NCBI GenBank assembly: GCA_013239625.1
Contig: MU054220.1
Location: forward strand, 8,777,367 to 8,841,366
Reading direction: 5' to 3'
Source of the DNA: Lama guanicoe
Taxonomy: Eukaryota
Length of the DNA stretch: 64,000 nt
In this document: in pieces, positions 50,311 through 62,910 of the stretch
How the letters are laid out: every line of letters starts with the position of its first letter
Position numbering within the stretch: position 1 is the stretch's first letter
Notes under the pieces: model-generated
Told to the model about the DNA's origin: nothing
The model's database searches: none
Seen by the model: the letters and a program-made list of their open reading frames with translations, nothing else
Translations under genes and position numbers: made by a program

Positions 50311-50900
50311 TGTATGGACCTCTGCTGGGGCCCGAGCCTGGCTGCCCTGCCTCAGGGTTAAAGGGTTTTCATTCAGGGTCATGCAACTGGAAAAAAAAAA
50401 AAAAATTGAGATCTCAGTGAAGGGCAAGCTTTATTCAATGTTCATTGGCCAAAGAATGGAAAACTTAGTTTACAGATCAACTTCTCACCCATGCGGTGTG
50501 AGATGTGAGAGATCTGATTTTAGAGTAAGAACAATGGGGGGAGCAGTGAGGAAGGATGGGGAGGCACATGCATTAGTCTACGGGGAAAGGGCAGTGCTTT
50601 CCGAGGGAATGGGGTACCATCCTTTTTGTCCTTTTTTGGTCTATGACTTCCGGTCATCGGGTGGGTAGGTGTGTCATTAACATGCTAATGTAATAAATCG
50701 GTGTATAATGAGGTTCAGGGTCTGTGGGAAGTCAGGTTCCTTGCCATCCTGGTTCTCGCTGGTTCTATCTGGTTTTTGCTTTTCTTTTCCTTGAGCTTCC
50801 TTTCTTTGTCTCTGGACTTTTAGCTTCAAGTTATATGTTACTTCCTGTTCAAGGTGGGGGTTGGCAGGTTTTGAGCAAGGATCTGGGGTCCGCTTTGACA
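50311..50900 (-). mobile_element. Complete-looking ERV1-class solo LTR (590 bp)
   Basis: TG...CA termini; 4-bp flanks acat/acaa (TSD with one mismatch); minus-strand AATAAA at ~50429-50435; sharp GC/CpG rise relative to the flanks; no PBS or internal sequence. Confidence 0.8.
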
Positions 50901-52160
50901 ACAAAGTAAATAACTCATTGCTTTTAACACTTTCAAAGTTGTTATTTTTTAAGACTCAGAAATAATTATTTTATGCACATTATATTCTCTATTCTCTTCT
51001 TAGTTATATAAGATAACCTCAAGTATTAAATGCTGCCAGTCAGTTATCAGAGATTAAAGAATACAAGTTTTCTAATTATGTTTGAAGGTAAGCAGTATCA
51101 AATTGATTGAAGAATTAAATCTGTAACCATTTGGGATAGATTTTAGTGACAAGACTTGAAATGATGAAATGGTTTATAGCAACAATTGCAGGAGAGGGCT
51201 TTTCATGAGTGCATTGGTGTACAAACTGGAATTCTCTGAAGTAGGAAACTTCATTTTATGTAGGAAGCTCAGAGTGGTTAAGAAAGCTGCCTAAATCATT
51301 GGCAGCTGGGTGACAGAGCTGAGAATAGAGCCTGAATTTTTACACGCTGAAGAGAGAGCTGTTACAGACATACTGGCTCTTCCGAGAAACTTCATATGCA
51401 TGTGATTTCATGTTTAAATACACAAGGTTTCACAAGACACCCTTGACATCCAACCAAATCCTCTTCTATATTTGTCGAATACAGTGACATCGAATGGGAT
51501 ATTTGCAACCTTTTTTTAGAAAATACTTTATAAACAGGTACTTCCTCATGAAAACCAGGATTGAGCTATACAAATAGGATAGGAACTTTACAGAGCAATT
51601 TGGGAGCATATATGATTATACCCATTCATACAGATGTCCCTACTTTGCAATAAACAAGGTGTCTTCATTTTGACACATTTACATAAATCATAGTCTGGAT
51701 TTGATTTGCCTACCTGTCTATAATTCATCATTATTAAAAGGAATCATATTATCTACAAATGGGAGCAGAAATAATCCAGCACTCTTAACGTAATCTCATG
51801 TGGCATTGATCAGGCACAGAAGATTCAGTGGAGATATAACTGACTTGGCAGGTGCAATCAAAAAGAAATCTTATTTTTTCTTATAACTTCCCTAGATGAA
51901 ATCCCAGGCAGTTCTCATAGCTTTTCTTGTCACTTCTGAGTCATTCAGTAATTAAAAACCACCCCCAGTATAAAATGAAATCTGTCTCTCTATCCAATAT
52001 AGTTTTTTTTCCCCCCTCCAACAGTTTGTCCCTTCTTCATGGTGGAAAACCAACAGGGAGGCAGAGGAAATGATCAGCCTCTACTTCTCTGTATCCCCTC
52101 CCACCTACTTCCCAGTTGCTGTTTGTGACTTATCAGAGTTTAAGTTGATCAGAAAGGAGT

Positions 52161-52161
52161 T

Positions 52162-52209
<48 letters not shown>

Positions 52210-52224
52210 CACATATATATATAT
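52161..52224. repeat. (TA)n(CA)n(TA)n compound microsatellite in the L1 tail position
   Basis: Directly visible. Confidence 0.95.
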
Positions 52225-52699
52225 AGAAGTATAATGAGTTTACAATGTCAAAATTGAAGTATAATGAATTTACAACATCAATTTCTGGTATACAGCACAA
52301 TACTTCAGTCAATATAGGAAGGTACATATATTCGTTTTCCTTTTCTTTTTCACCTAAGTTACTACAATATATTGAATATGGTTCCCTGTGCTATACAGTG
52401 TAAACTTGTTGTTTATCTATTTTATATATAGTAGTTAGGATTTGCAAATCTGAAACTCCCAATTTCTCTCTTCCCACCCCACCCCCCCCTCCCTGGTTAC
52501 CATAAGTTTGTTTACTGTGTCTATGATTCTGTTTCTGTTTTGTAAATAAGTTCATTTGTGTCTTTTTTAAAGATATATGGTATTTTCTTTCTCTTTCGGG
52601 CTTACTTCACTTAGAATGACATTCTCCAGGTTCATCCATGTTGCTGCAAATGACATTATTTTGTTATTTTTTATGACTGAGTAGTATTCCATTGTATAT
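52225..52699 (-). mobile_element. Young L1 3' end, 5'-truncated, with a 30-bp duplicated terminus
   Basis: Same family as 13538-13966; ends 'tgactgagtagtattccattgtata'. Confidence 0.93.
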
Positions 52700-52955
52700 T
52701 AAAAAAAATACCAAAGGAAAGAAAAGAGGGGAGAAGGAAGGGGATTTCGTTGACTTCACATAAACTGTAGTCTAGTTTGGGTGCTGTCTAGATTTGGTTG
52801 ATGCACAAGAGCTGGCCCTTTCTGAGTTCCCCCAAGACCCTCAGGAGTAGCATCAATAGTAATCCCTTTAATGAAGACAATGTCTTCCCTGGTAGGCTGC
52901 TTTTCAACACCCCCTACCCCGCCAACCCCCTTACATTTGCAATGGTTGCCTCTTT

Positions 52956-53113
52956 CAGTGCTGTGCTGGATCTAGCTCATACTGGCTAGAGAGAGCTGAC
53001 TACTATTCATAGCCTGAAATTGGCTATGGTGGGATCATTTATACCACAGAAACTGGAAAATGCCACAAATTAGTGTTTTTCTTTCTCAAATTATCAGTTT
53101 ACCAGCACATCGC
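52956..53113 (-). mobile_element. MER63-like hAT-Blackjack MITE
   Basis: TIR-like ends 'cagtgctgtgctgg' and 'ccagcacatcgct'. Confidence 0.75.
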
Positions 53114-53244
53114 TACAAGTAGTCTTTGGTAGTAGATTTCTTTTTAAAATGATTTCAGGCTGATCCCCTTTTTTAAAACCCAGGTATGGTTGCAAAAAAT
53201 CATACTCTTGTTTCACCTACTGTGAAAACGTAGATTCCTCTCCC

Positions 53245-53355
53245 ATCATATCTCTTTCTGTTCTCTCTTTCTGTTTTCTGTCTCTCTCTCCCCGCCCCCC
53301 ATCCTTCTCCCTCCCTTCCTCACCTCTTCTCATTCATTTTCTCTTCTGCCTTTGC
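53245..53355 (+). repeat. Long polypyrimidine low-complexity tract
   Basis: Directly visible. Confidence 0.85.
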
Positions 53356-54049
53356 CAGGTAGAACCAGCCTTTTATATTTTTTCCAACGTATGCTTGCAG
53401 CAGGAGTGGGCAGACCTCTTCCACTGGGAAAGAAGACTCATCAGAATTTAAGGGCTCAGTGTCATCAGAATCAGAATCTTCCTACACATCCTCACCCCAG
53501 TTTATAGAATCCCATTCTTTCCCAACCAGTAACCTCACTTTAAGAGCGGATACCCTGCGAGGCTAGGAGTTAAACTTGCATTGTAATTCAGCCAGTCACT
53601 GGATCAGGTTCTGCATTTGATTTCCAGCAATTTCAGCCCTGAGGCTGCAGGAGGGAACTCTTTCCTTCAGGGCACGCATAGGAGCTCTTAGGTCATTTAT
53701 GGGTGCTTGAGCTGGGAACTGGAATTCCTGAGCTCATCCTTTCCTTTCACCATTTTATGCAGCAACATTAGGAGCAACCAACCAATGTCACTATATTCAT
53801 TAGTTTTCCAAAACTGTTTGAAAGTATAAGATAAAAAGTCACCTAGCTCGTACGTGGGATTGAGGCAGATATTTTGCGTATCACTGTAAACAGATCATAA
53901 CATGCACGCTAAGTGCCCTCTTCACCACTGGAAATGGAATCATTAGATTCCTTAATCAGACTAGAGAGCCAATTCCAGAAACTCCAAAACCAGTTCAGAA
54001 AACTCATCTTTAATATCCTGTTCCTCCATAAACACTCTAAGTATCAAAA

Positions 54050-54453
54050 TCTGTATGAGGACCTGACTCAATGGACAATGGAGGCTGAGGCATCCCACCA
54101 TCTGCTGTATGTAAGCTGGAGGCTCAGGAAAGCCGGTGCTATAATTCAGTTCAAGTTCAAAGGCCTGAGAACCAGGGAAGCTGATGGTGCAAATCCCAGT
54201 CCAAAGGCAGGAAAAGAGATGAGGTGTCATAGCACAGCAGTGAGGTAGAGAAAAGGGGTAACTTCCTCCTCCCTCTGCCTTTTATTCTAGTGAAGCCTTC
54301 AATGAATTGGATGATGCTCACCCACATTTTACTGAGTCCACTGATTCAGCTGCTGATCTCATCTGGAAACACCCTCAGGGCCACATCCAGAAATAATGTT
54401 AAATCTGGGTGCCCCCTGGCCAGTCCAGGAGACACATAAAATTACCCATCACA
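54050..54453 (-). mobile_element. MLT2 (ERVL) LTR
   Basis: 'ggaggctgaggcatcccaccatctgctgtatgtaagctggagg...aaggcctgagaaccagg...gacacataaaattacccatcaca'. Confidence 0.92.
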
Positions 54454-57400
54454 GCCAGCAAATATTAGATACAAGTCACTGCATGACTCAGACCCCAGGG
54501 GATACAGGTATAGCTCACAGATAATTCTTTAAAGAAGTCCTCATTAATAGACTCATAAACTACCCTCACACTGACCCAGAGAGGCTAACGGCATAAGTCA
54601 TCAGTGGTAGCAAAATCAGTTTTACATACTCTCTGCATGTCTTGTACAAACAGTCGAGAAACTTTTCATACAATATGGCAGTACTAGGTACTTAGAATTG
54701 CTCCCAGATCCCCACCCAGCCTCACCGCCCCCACAACATATTTAGAGTAGAAGTATTAAAAAGCTACATAATCAAGCAGTTAAAAGTATTGCTTGCGGTA
54801 TTACACAGAGCATAATGACAGCTAACACCTATACTACATACTGCTTACTGTATCCCAGACGCAACCTTCTGAAGAAGGTAATACTAATCTTGCACTTTTA
54901 ATGATGAGGCATCGGACGTATGGAGAAGTCAAGTCACTCACCCCAAATTCTGATTAGGAAAAGTCACACGTAGTGGCTAAGAGCAGAACACAGATAACTT
55001 CAGCTACTCTACGTGGCTTCAAATCCCAGTTCTGAGATTTACTAGCTATATGCTTTGGGGAAGTGACTTGACTTTAAAATCCAGGATATGAAATAGTACT
55101 TCCCTTATCCTGGGGGTTTTAAAGAGAAATAGAGGGTGTCTACAACATTGTAAGTATACAAGAAATGCTTGCTCATCTAATGAAGGTTAAGAAGAGAAAG
55201 GTGATCATATGCTAAACATGTTTCTGGTCAGTTCAACTAAAAGTCACCATTTGGTGTTTTGTAATAGGACGCATGGGTTATAGATTCCAAAGAGATCGTG
55301 TTGATTTTTGTCTTTGGCTTGAATTCTTCCCTAGAAAATCCACATATATGAAAACCAAGTGTGCTTTGGAAGGGATTTAAGAAGGCCCATTAATCCTTAG
55401 TAAGATTATCAAAATAATTTGTAGCCAAATACATAAAGAACGTTCTACTTAATTTATAGTTGTTTTTTTAAAGGTCAGTTCAAGTATATTTTGTTTTTTC
55501 TTAAAATATGCTTTATTGCTCACAAAAAAATGGACTCTAATCCCACTATAAGTCCAAGGTTAAATGTAAATTAAAACATAGGTAAAATAATTCTCAATCA
55601 TTATAGCTTTTTCCTAATATTTAGAAAAGAGTTTTCTGATTAATTACATGTGTTATCTCAGGCTTCATGGCCAACGATGGGGCCTTTTATTTAGGCTGTA
55701 TTTATCCCTATTGTATTGCTAAGAGTTCAGCTGTGGAAATAAACTACATGACTCATGAAAAACAAATATCATATAATTTTAAATTAACATTTAGCTGGCC
55801 TATGGCTAAAAAAATAGCCAGAGTCTCCTTAAAAAAATATAGGCAAACTATTTTTTCTTTTTGTAACTTATTTTCTTGCACAGGGAGTAATACAAGCCTA
55901 AATATACTTCTGTCCATCCCTTCCAAATTTTGTAGTGAGCTATTTTTAAAATAATAATTTTGTTTTATTTATTTGTATCCAGAAATACAAATACAAATAA
56001 AAAGCTGTTTGGTCTTAAAATGCATACCAGCTGTGGGCACAGTTTGGGGGCTTGTAACTAGATCCCACATGGCAAGTCTCCAAGGAAGGAAGTTTGCAAC
56101 TTTCACAATGGTAATTTAGAAGCTGGCTCGCTCTTTGTGCCTGTGCTGAATTGATGCTGAATTCTGATTTATATTACTTTATTCTCCTCACCAGTGACTG
56201 AGTTTTTAAGGACATAGAATGTCTCCATGTTTAAAATTCAGTGACAAATACAAATTAGTTACCATTATCAAACATCTTTACACCCAAAAGATTTAAATCT
56301 CACACAGTCTTGTGAAAGAAGTTATTTCAAACAAAAGAACTAAAATTAAGAAAATTTAATATGACAGGTTAAAGGTTACAGAGCTAAATAATTGCAGAAC
56401 AAGCCGTAAAACTCAGATCCATTATATTACAGACTTCATGGTCCTTCTCTTACCTTTTACTGACCGACATATAGATTCACTCAACACACACATATTAAAT
56501 AGATTGATATGTTCCTAAGGAAATAATAATCAAAACCATGACTAACAACATCCTGATGAAATAAGCTCAATTTCTTTTAATACAGAGCAGACAGCCAAGA
56601 AAAAAAACCCCCACAAACTCAATTAAGTATAAATTAATACCTTTCTAATCAATCAAAACCTATAACCATAGAACTAGCCTATGAATTTAAATACATTATG
56701 CATCACTTTGTTGTTTATACCTCTTATTTATACTGAAGAAGAAGAGTCGAAAACAGAGATTCTTAACATGCAGTGCACATTACAATGGCATGCAGAGGTG
56801 GACACTCTATAACAATGGCTAGATTGGTTTTTCTGACATCAAATAATTATTTTGTGTGAGTCATTATTTATACAATTCATAAAATGTTAACATTCTTTTC
56901 TAAATCTCGATGAATCGTTTCTTGTTTTGCATTTTCCCCCAGAATCTGTAGTTGGTCTCTTTACAGGGAATTTTGCCAAAATGGACGCTAGGTTGAAAAA
57001 AATGTAGACACTAGTATCCGGAAGGGTCCAAATAACTTGTAATTCTCTCATGATGTCTTTAACATCGTTCTTTGATGAAACATCAAGTGGCCCATAACTG
57101 TGATATTAAAACATTGGCTGGATATCAAAATTGCTCGTGATGAATCAAGTGATTATCTAGCGTCTCTTAATCTCATTTTTTCTCATCTGAAAAATGAAGC
57201 TGGCTCACATGAACTCTAAGTACTCTGTAAATCCATATTTTCATGATGGTCATGGCCCTTAAAATATACTCCTGAATTTAAATAATATTAATTGGCATTT
57301 AAATATGTGGTGATTGTCCCACAGTCGTTGGTGGAGAATAACAAACTAATTTCATCATTACCATGTTTCTGATCCTTCTAAATTTTGTTTTGTTTTGTTT

Positions 57401-58994
57401 TGGTGGTACATTTGAAAGCTGAAAATACTCTTAGTTCCATGTTTTAAAGACTTTACCCTAAAAAGAGTTTTTTTAAAAAGTTGAAAAAAATTGTATCTAC
57501 ATAGTAATTACCTACCATTCTTGCATTAATCTATTTTTCCAACAGCTTATCTCTGCCTACTACCCTCACCCCTGCATCAGACAACTTAAGAAGAGTGGGC
57601 TTCTGCAGTATTTTCTCTTTCAGACTGCAAAATCATGAAATCCTGCATCAAAAGCCGACATCCTTTTTTCTCCTTCTTTTTTGTTTCTTTTTATAAATTA
57701 GAAGTTATTCACTTCTGTTTTATTTCTCTTTTAGCTGGAGCTAGTGAGACATTATTTATATTGAAGAATTAATCATCATCAAATTTGCTTAATGTCCTTG
57801 AGCTACTCCATCCCTCTTAGTAATGTGACCTTGAGGAAAACTTCAGTCTTTTGGTGTCAGATTCCTCATCTGTAAAATACTCAGGTTAGACTAAATAATC
57901 TACTTTGTTTCCAAAATGGAATACAATGAAAACAAACTGATAGCACAAGTATAAAAAGATATTTAGTAAATATTTATTGAATATCTATTATGCACTGGAT
58001 ACATAGGAGGCTAGGTATTTCCTGAGATAACACATGATATCTGTCCTTTAAGGGTTCAAAGTGCATTGAAGGCGATAAGAGCACACAAAAATACTTGAGT
58101 ATTTTATTTCTTCTTTCAGCTGGAGCTAGTGAGACATTATATTGAATAATTAATCATCATCAAATATGGAATAGTATTCTTATGGAAGTGTGTAATTAAT
58201 CTTAGAGACCATTATAGTGAAGTGGTTAATAGATGCTAGGGATGTAATGGTAAATGGGGTGTCTCAGCTGTGTCTGGAAAGAAGAGAACCAAACAGAGAA
58301 GACATGGAGCAGCATTTCAGGAAAAGATTAGGGAGCTAAAAAAGTAAAATGCATACTGAAGAAGGCTCACATTGCCACAGAGAAGACAGAAAGAAAATAG
58401 CAGATGTGACTAAAAAGTACGTAAAGCTAATATTGAGAAGGGCTTTGTAAATCCTTCTAAGGTATATGGACTTCCTAGGGAGTGAGAATTCCTGACGCTT
58501 TTAAAGCAGGGGGATGACGTCATTCTTTTAGATTGCTTTTAGAAAGACAGCTCTTTCAGTGCTGTGAATGATTTTGGAGCATGGAAACACCAAAGGAAGT
58601 AGTTGTCAATGTCGGACACCTATAAAAATTTATTATCCTATGCATGTTACTTTGCAGATGGCTAAGGTGGAAGCACTGACCTTTAGTGGACAATGAGTAT
58701 GACATTCAGAGCTTAGATTTCATCAGCATGTGGAATTACTGCATGTGAAATCTGATGATTAGATGTGTTCTCTACAGAGCAATAAATCTCAGCTCTGGAC
58801 ATGATGGAAAATTCTCAAGAAATTAGCCTCAGGGAATTTTTTTTGCAGAAAATTGATTGCATTGGCAGTCATCATGCAGCCATTTCTTAAAACTAAATTA
58901 ATTTTTTTTTCACCTTTGGAGCATGTTTGTTTTCCCTGCAAATGTTTTTCTTTTCTTTTTCCTTTTTGCTCTTTCCAATGGAATTTCCATGCTG

Positions 58995-59165
58995 ATAGAA
59001 TGTTACAAACATGCTATCCAATGTGGTAGCTACTAGTAATATGTTATTGAGCACTTAAAATGTGGCTATTGTGGCTGAGGATTTGAAACTTCAATGTTAT
59101 TTAATTTTAGCCTAATATAAATATTCACATATGGCCAGTGGCTAACAAATTGGATGGCCTGCTCC
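58995..59165. mobile_element. MER3-like hAT-Charlie MITE
   Basis: 'gctatccaatgtggtagctactag...ttgagcacttaaaatgtggcta...cacatatggccagtggctaacaaattggatggc', with palindromic ends. Confidence 0.8.
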
Positions 59166-60864
59166 AACTAACATGTATATAAACATGGCTACTTTTGAGA
59201 CGGGAGAAACTTTTATTATAAATAATTACTTGGTACAATGTTATCTTTTATATGTGCTTCCATCAAAGTTGATTAACTCAAAACACTGGAATTTCGGAGG
59301 GTAAAAACTGCAAGAAAATATGTCAGTAGCAGGAAGAAGATAAAATACTTCAGCTTTTTATCAAAAGAAGATAGAATATGAGAAGCTATTAATTGATAAC
59401 TATTTTTGACTATATATTAAGCCATATCTTGGCACTTATACAATCTCAAATAATATTCATAAAAACCCTCAGTGATTAATTCTCCATTAAAGCCCATTTG
59501 ATGAATTAGAAAACTATAGAAACAAAAATGCATTATTTTCCAGGACACATATAGTTTGTTACAGTCCAATTTCTAATAATAGTAATGATAATAACAGTAA
59601 TAATAATAACAACAAAAAATTAATACTATGTAACAGATCAAATCTATCTGAATAGGCTGAACTACAATGAACACATTATATTGCTTCTTTTTTGCTCAAA
59701 TAAACATCCTAAGAATTTTCAGTTGTGTTCATTTTTATTCAGTATTAGTTTTCATTGGTTGCACATGTCAGAAAACTAGATCCAAAATAGCTTAAGCAAG
59801 AAAGTGATTTTTAAAAACCAGTTCTCCCTTTAAATTATAAGAAATTTACATTCAATGCTTGCAGAAGATGCTGTCCTGATTGATATGAAGTCTGTTCCTC
59901 TAAATTTACATCGCACTAAATTACCAAGCATGTTCACGTAAATTAATTAGGTATTTTTTATTAACATATCTCTCAAATGTAACGTACTGACAACTAAACT
60001 GTAGTGCTTCCCAACAAAACAAAGTGCTGTCTTCAGATTCCTTTATCCCAGTTAATTGGCTACTCTAATCTTCTAACTGCTTAGGTTCAAAATTGGCTTC
60101 ATTACTTCATTTCTCTCTCACCACACAATGAATTTGTTAGGCAATTACAAATGTATGTTCCATCTTCAAAACTTTGCCCAGAATCTGATGACTTTTTTTA
60201 ACCATCTTCACCACTTCCACACACTCACTGCTCAAGCTACCACTGGTTCTTGCATGGATTATTATTATCAGAGCCTCCTAATAGGTTTTCCTGGTTCCAG
60301 CTTTTTCACCTTCAGCTGAAGTTCAACACCTTTGCTAGAGAGCTCCTTCTTAAACATAAGTTAGATCATGGCAGTCCTGTGCTTTATGGCTCACTCTGAA
60401 TAAAAAAGAAAGTTCTTACAAAGGCCTACTTGCCCATAAAGATCTTTTTCAGTACCTACCATATCTTCCCCACTCACTGCGACAAAAACTCTGATCTCCT
60501 TGTTACTCCTGGCATGTGCTGGGCACACACCGTGGAGCTTATGCTCCCGCTGGTCTTCTGCTAGCTCTTCTACCATAAATCCCCATGGTTTGTTCTTTCA
60601 CCTCCTTCCAGCCACCATTTGATGTCACTCTTTTAGTGAAGTCCCTGGTGATCCTACCTCATGACTTAAGTCCACTTCCTACCACTCTCTATTCCTCTCT
60701 CTGATTGATGTGTCTTCTTGGTGTTTATCTCCATCTGGCAGAAGAAGCACTTACGATGGTTAATTTTAATGTATCAACTTGGCGAGGCCAGGATACCCAG
60801 ATATTTGATCAAACATCATTCTAGATGTTTTGTGAACTTTTTAAAAAATAATGTTAATATATAT

Positions 60865-61402
60865 ATTTTAAAGAAATGATCGCAATAGGGGAAGAGAGGC
60901 TCTATATAGAATTGGGCTCAATCCTGAACGTAACCAGAACAAGTGTGGATTTTCATATAGCCCAGGAGCAGATTTGGGGGAAGGGGAACTGATGGATGGA
61001 AAATTACTAAGAGAGGGCACTGAGTCTGGGGAATTCTGGCTGAACCAACCTGAAAGGAGTCTTGCTGAAGACAGACCAGGGTGTTCGAGTATCTCCTGGA
61101 GGAATTCAGGGATGAAGAGTTTCACTGGATATCAAGGGTGGGGAATTCTCACTCAACTGACACAGTAGGATTCTTGCCCAAACTGGATTCCACAAGGAAG
61201 TACACAGATAAGCCTTGTTGATGGGAGAGTTCAGGGAAGCTTAACTAAAGCCTGGTCAACGTGAGAGGGTAACAGCTTGGTGGTAGAGCACATGCTTAGC
61301 ATGCACGAGGTCTTGGCTCAATCCCCAGTATTTCCATTTTAAAAAAGCAAATAAATTTCATTAAAAAAATATAAAGCTTGATCAAGCAAAGGATCTTTGC
61401 CA
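60865..61402 (-). mobile_element. MER31/MER67-like ERV1 LTR nested in MLT2
   Basis: 'gaattgggctcaatcctgaa...ggaaaattactaagag...aggattcttgcccaaactgga...gatcaagcaaaggatctttgcca'. Confidence 0.75.
61260..61371 (+). mobile_element. tRNA-Ala-derived SINE (camelid Vic-1-like)
   Basis: A-box-like 'acagcttggtggtagagc', AGC anticodon arm 'catgcttagcatg', B-box-like 'ggctcaatccc', A-rich tail. TSD taaagc(c/t)tg(g/a)tcaa at 61246-61259 and 61372-61385. Confidence 0.9.
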
Positions 61403-61553
61403 CCTCCCAGAGAAAGAAAAAATTCTGTTGGCAGCCTGCCCTTGGACCCAAACTGCAATTCTTCTGGGATCCAGTCTGCTCACCTACTCTGTAGATTTTG
61501 AACTTGTCAGCCTCCACAGTCACAAGCGCTAATTCCTTAAAATAAATCCCTCT

Positions 61554-61585
<32 letters not shown>

Positions 61586-62269
61586 CCCCCACACCACCAC
61601 CACCACTGGCTGCTTCTCTGGAGAACCCTGACTAATACAACATCACATTTGTTTACTTTATTTATTGCCTAACTGGGTCTGCCCTGTATGTGTGCAGATG
61701 TGGAGAAATGCTAAGCAGGGTAGAATGTAAACTCCATGTGGGTCAGGGCTTTTGTCTTTTTCATTTGTTTGTCCAGAGCAAATATTTATTAGGTGAAAGA
61801 ACAAACAAAAAAGTTGATTCCTTTCTTGACAAAGTCTCTTGAGTCAGACAGACCAGGTATTCTCATTCCCATTTTAAATTTGAGGAGACAGGTCCCGGCA
61901 TGGTGAGTAGCTGCGCTCACTCATTCACATAATTTAGGAGAGAGCCAGCACAGCAGTTGTGCTGTTAATTCTTAGCTTTTTTGTTGCACATATAAAACCT
62001 TGGTAACATATAGCAGGAGGTGACAAAGCACATATCACTTCTGGCAGGGAGTGAATTAAATACTTCTAGATCTGTCCCCTAGTAACTGGTCATCCAGCCA
62101 TGATCCCAAACTGGCGTGATTTTGCTTATCCGAACACATTCTTCCTGAATGTGATGCCCTATTCCATTTTCTCTGAAATGAGCTCAAGCCACCTCACACC
62201 TAATCTCTTTTGTAAAGCCTTTCCTCAACTGCAGTTGGGTAAAAAACTCCGGAATTGAGAAAAGAGGTT

Positions 62270-62910
62270 AATGCTGGAAGTATCAATTGAGGGTTATAGG
62301 AAACAGATACCATTTAAAGCTTTGCAACTGAGATGATCTGAAAGTGAGTGCAGGAATAAAGGTGTCCAAGGACTAAGCTCTGGGGTACTCTAATGTTTAG
62401 AAGTCAGAAAGAAGATGCAGTGTTGTGCTGGTAAATGTTTAACAACCAGGTCTCAGGAGTCAGTTCTAGTGTTTTATTTTCACGGTGTAAATACTCTTGG
62501 TGGCTGATTCTAAGTTTCAACGTGACATCAGCCAGCTTGCAAAAGTCAGGAAAATTTGACAACCATCTCTTGCCAATTGGTAGGATCATTTCTGGGTCAC
62601 CACTCAAAGAGGAGAATCTGGCTATAAAGACAAACAAAAAGAGCCCCTGGTGAGGTATGAGAAATGTGTGACATGTCAGAAGTTAAGGCAATAAAGTGTT
62701 TTAGGAGGGTAGGAGTGATCAAAGGCTGCTGAGAGTTCAAGTCCAATGAAGACAGAGAATTGGTCAATGGAACTGCCAATTTGGAGACTGGCCTTTATAG
62801 AAGGGACTTCCATGGAGTGGTGGCTCCCAAAATATGACAAGTATAGGTTCAAGAGACACTGTGGTGAGGAATTGCGGTATGAAGGACAGACGATTCTTTT
62901 GTCTAAAGGG
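62270..62910 (-). mobile_element. L2 fragment interrupted by a MER63-like MITE (~62418-62603)
   Basis: L2 'ccaaggactaagctctggggtactctaatgtttagaagtcag'; MER63 start 'cagtgttgtgctggtaaatgtttaacaacc'; L2 resumes 'aggagaatctggctataaagac'. Confidence 0.8.

Larger units (their letters stand above)
60752..61639 (+). mobile_element. MLT2 LTR (60752-~60860 and ~61402-61639), interrupted
   Basis: Start 'gatggttaattttaatgtatcaacttg'; end 'tctctggagaaccctgactaataca'; (CA)n at ~61558-61585. Confidence 0.92.
59960..61805 (+). mobile_element. L2 3' region (59960-60750 and 61640-61805), split by nested LTR/SINE insertions
   Basis: 'ttcttgcatggattattattatcagagcctcctaataggttttcctg', 'aaacataagttagatcatg', and after the insertions 'tagaatgtaaactccatgtgggtcagggcttttgtc'. 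Confidence 0.85.

Noticed and set aside
58713..58752. Hairpin agatttca...tgaaatct as a pre-miRNA
   Set aside because: Only ~40 nt with several bulges and no extended lower stem.
61260..61335. tRNA-Ala(AGC) gene
   Set aside because: Mutated A/B boxes, a poor acceptor stem, an A-rich tail and a TSD indicate a SINE.
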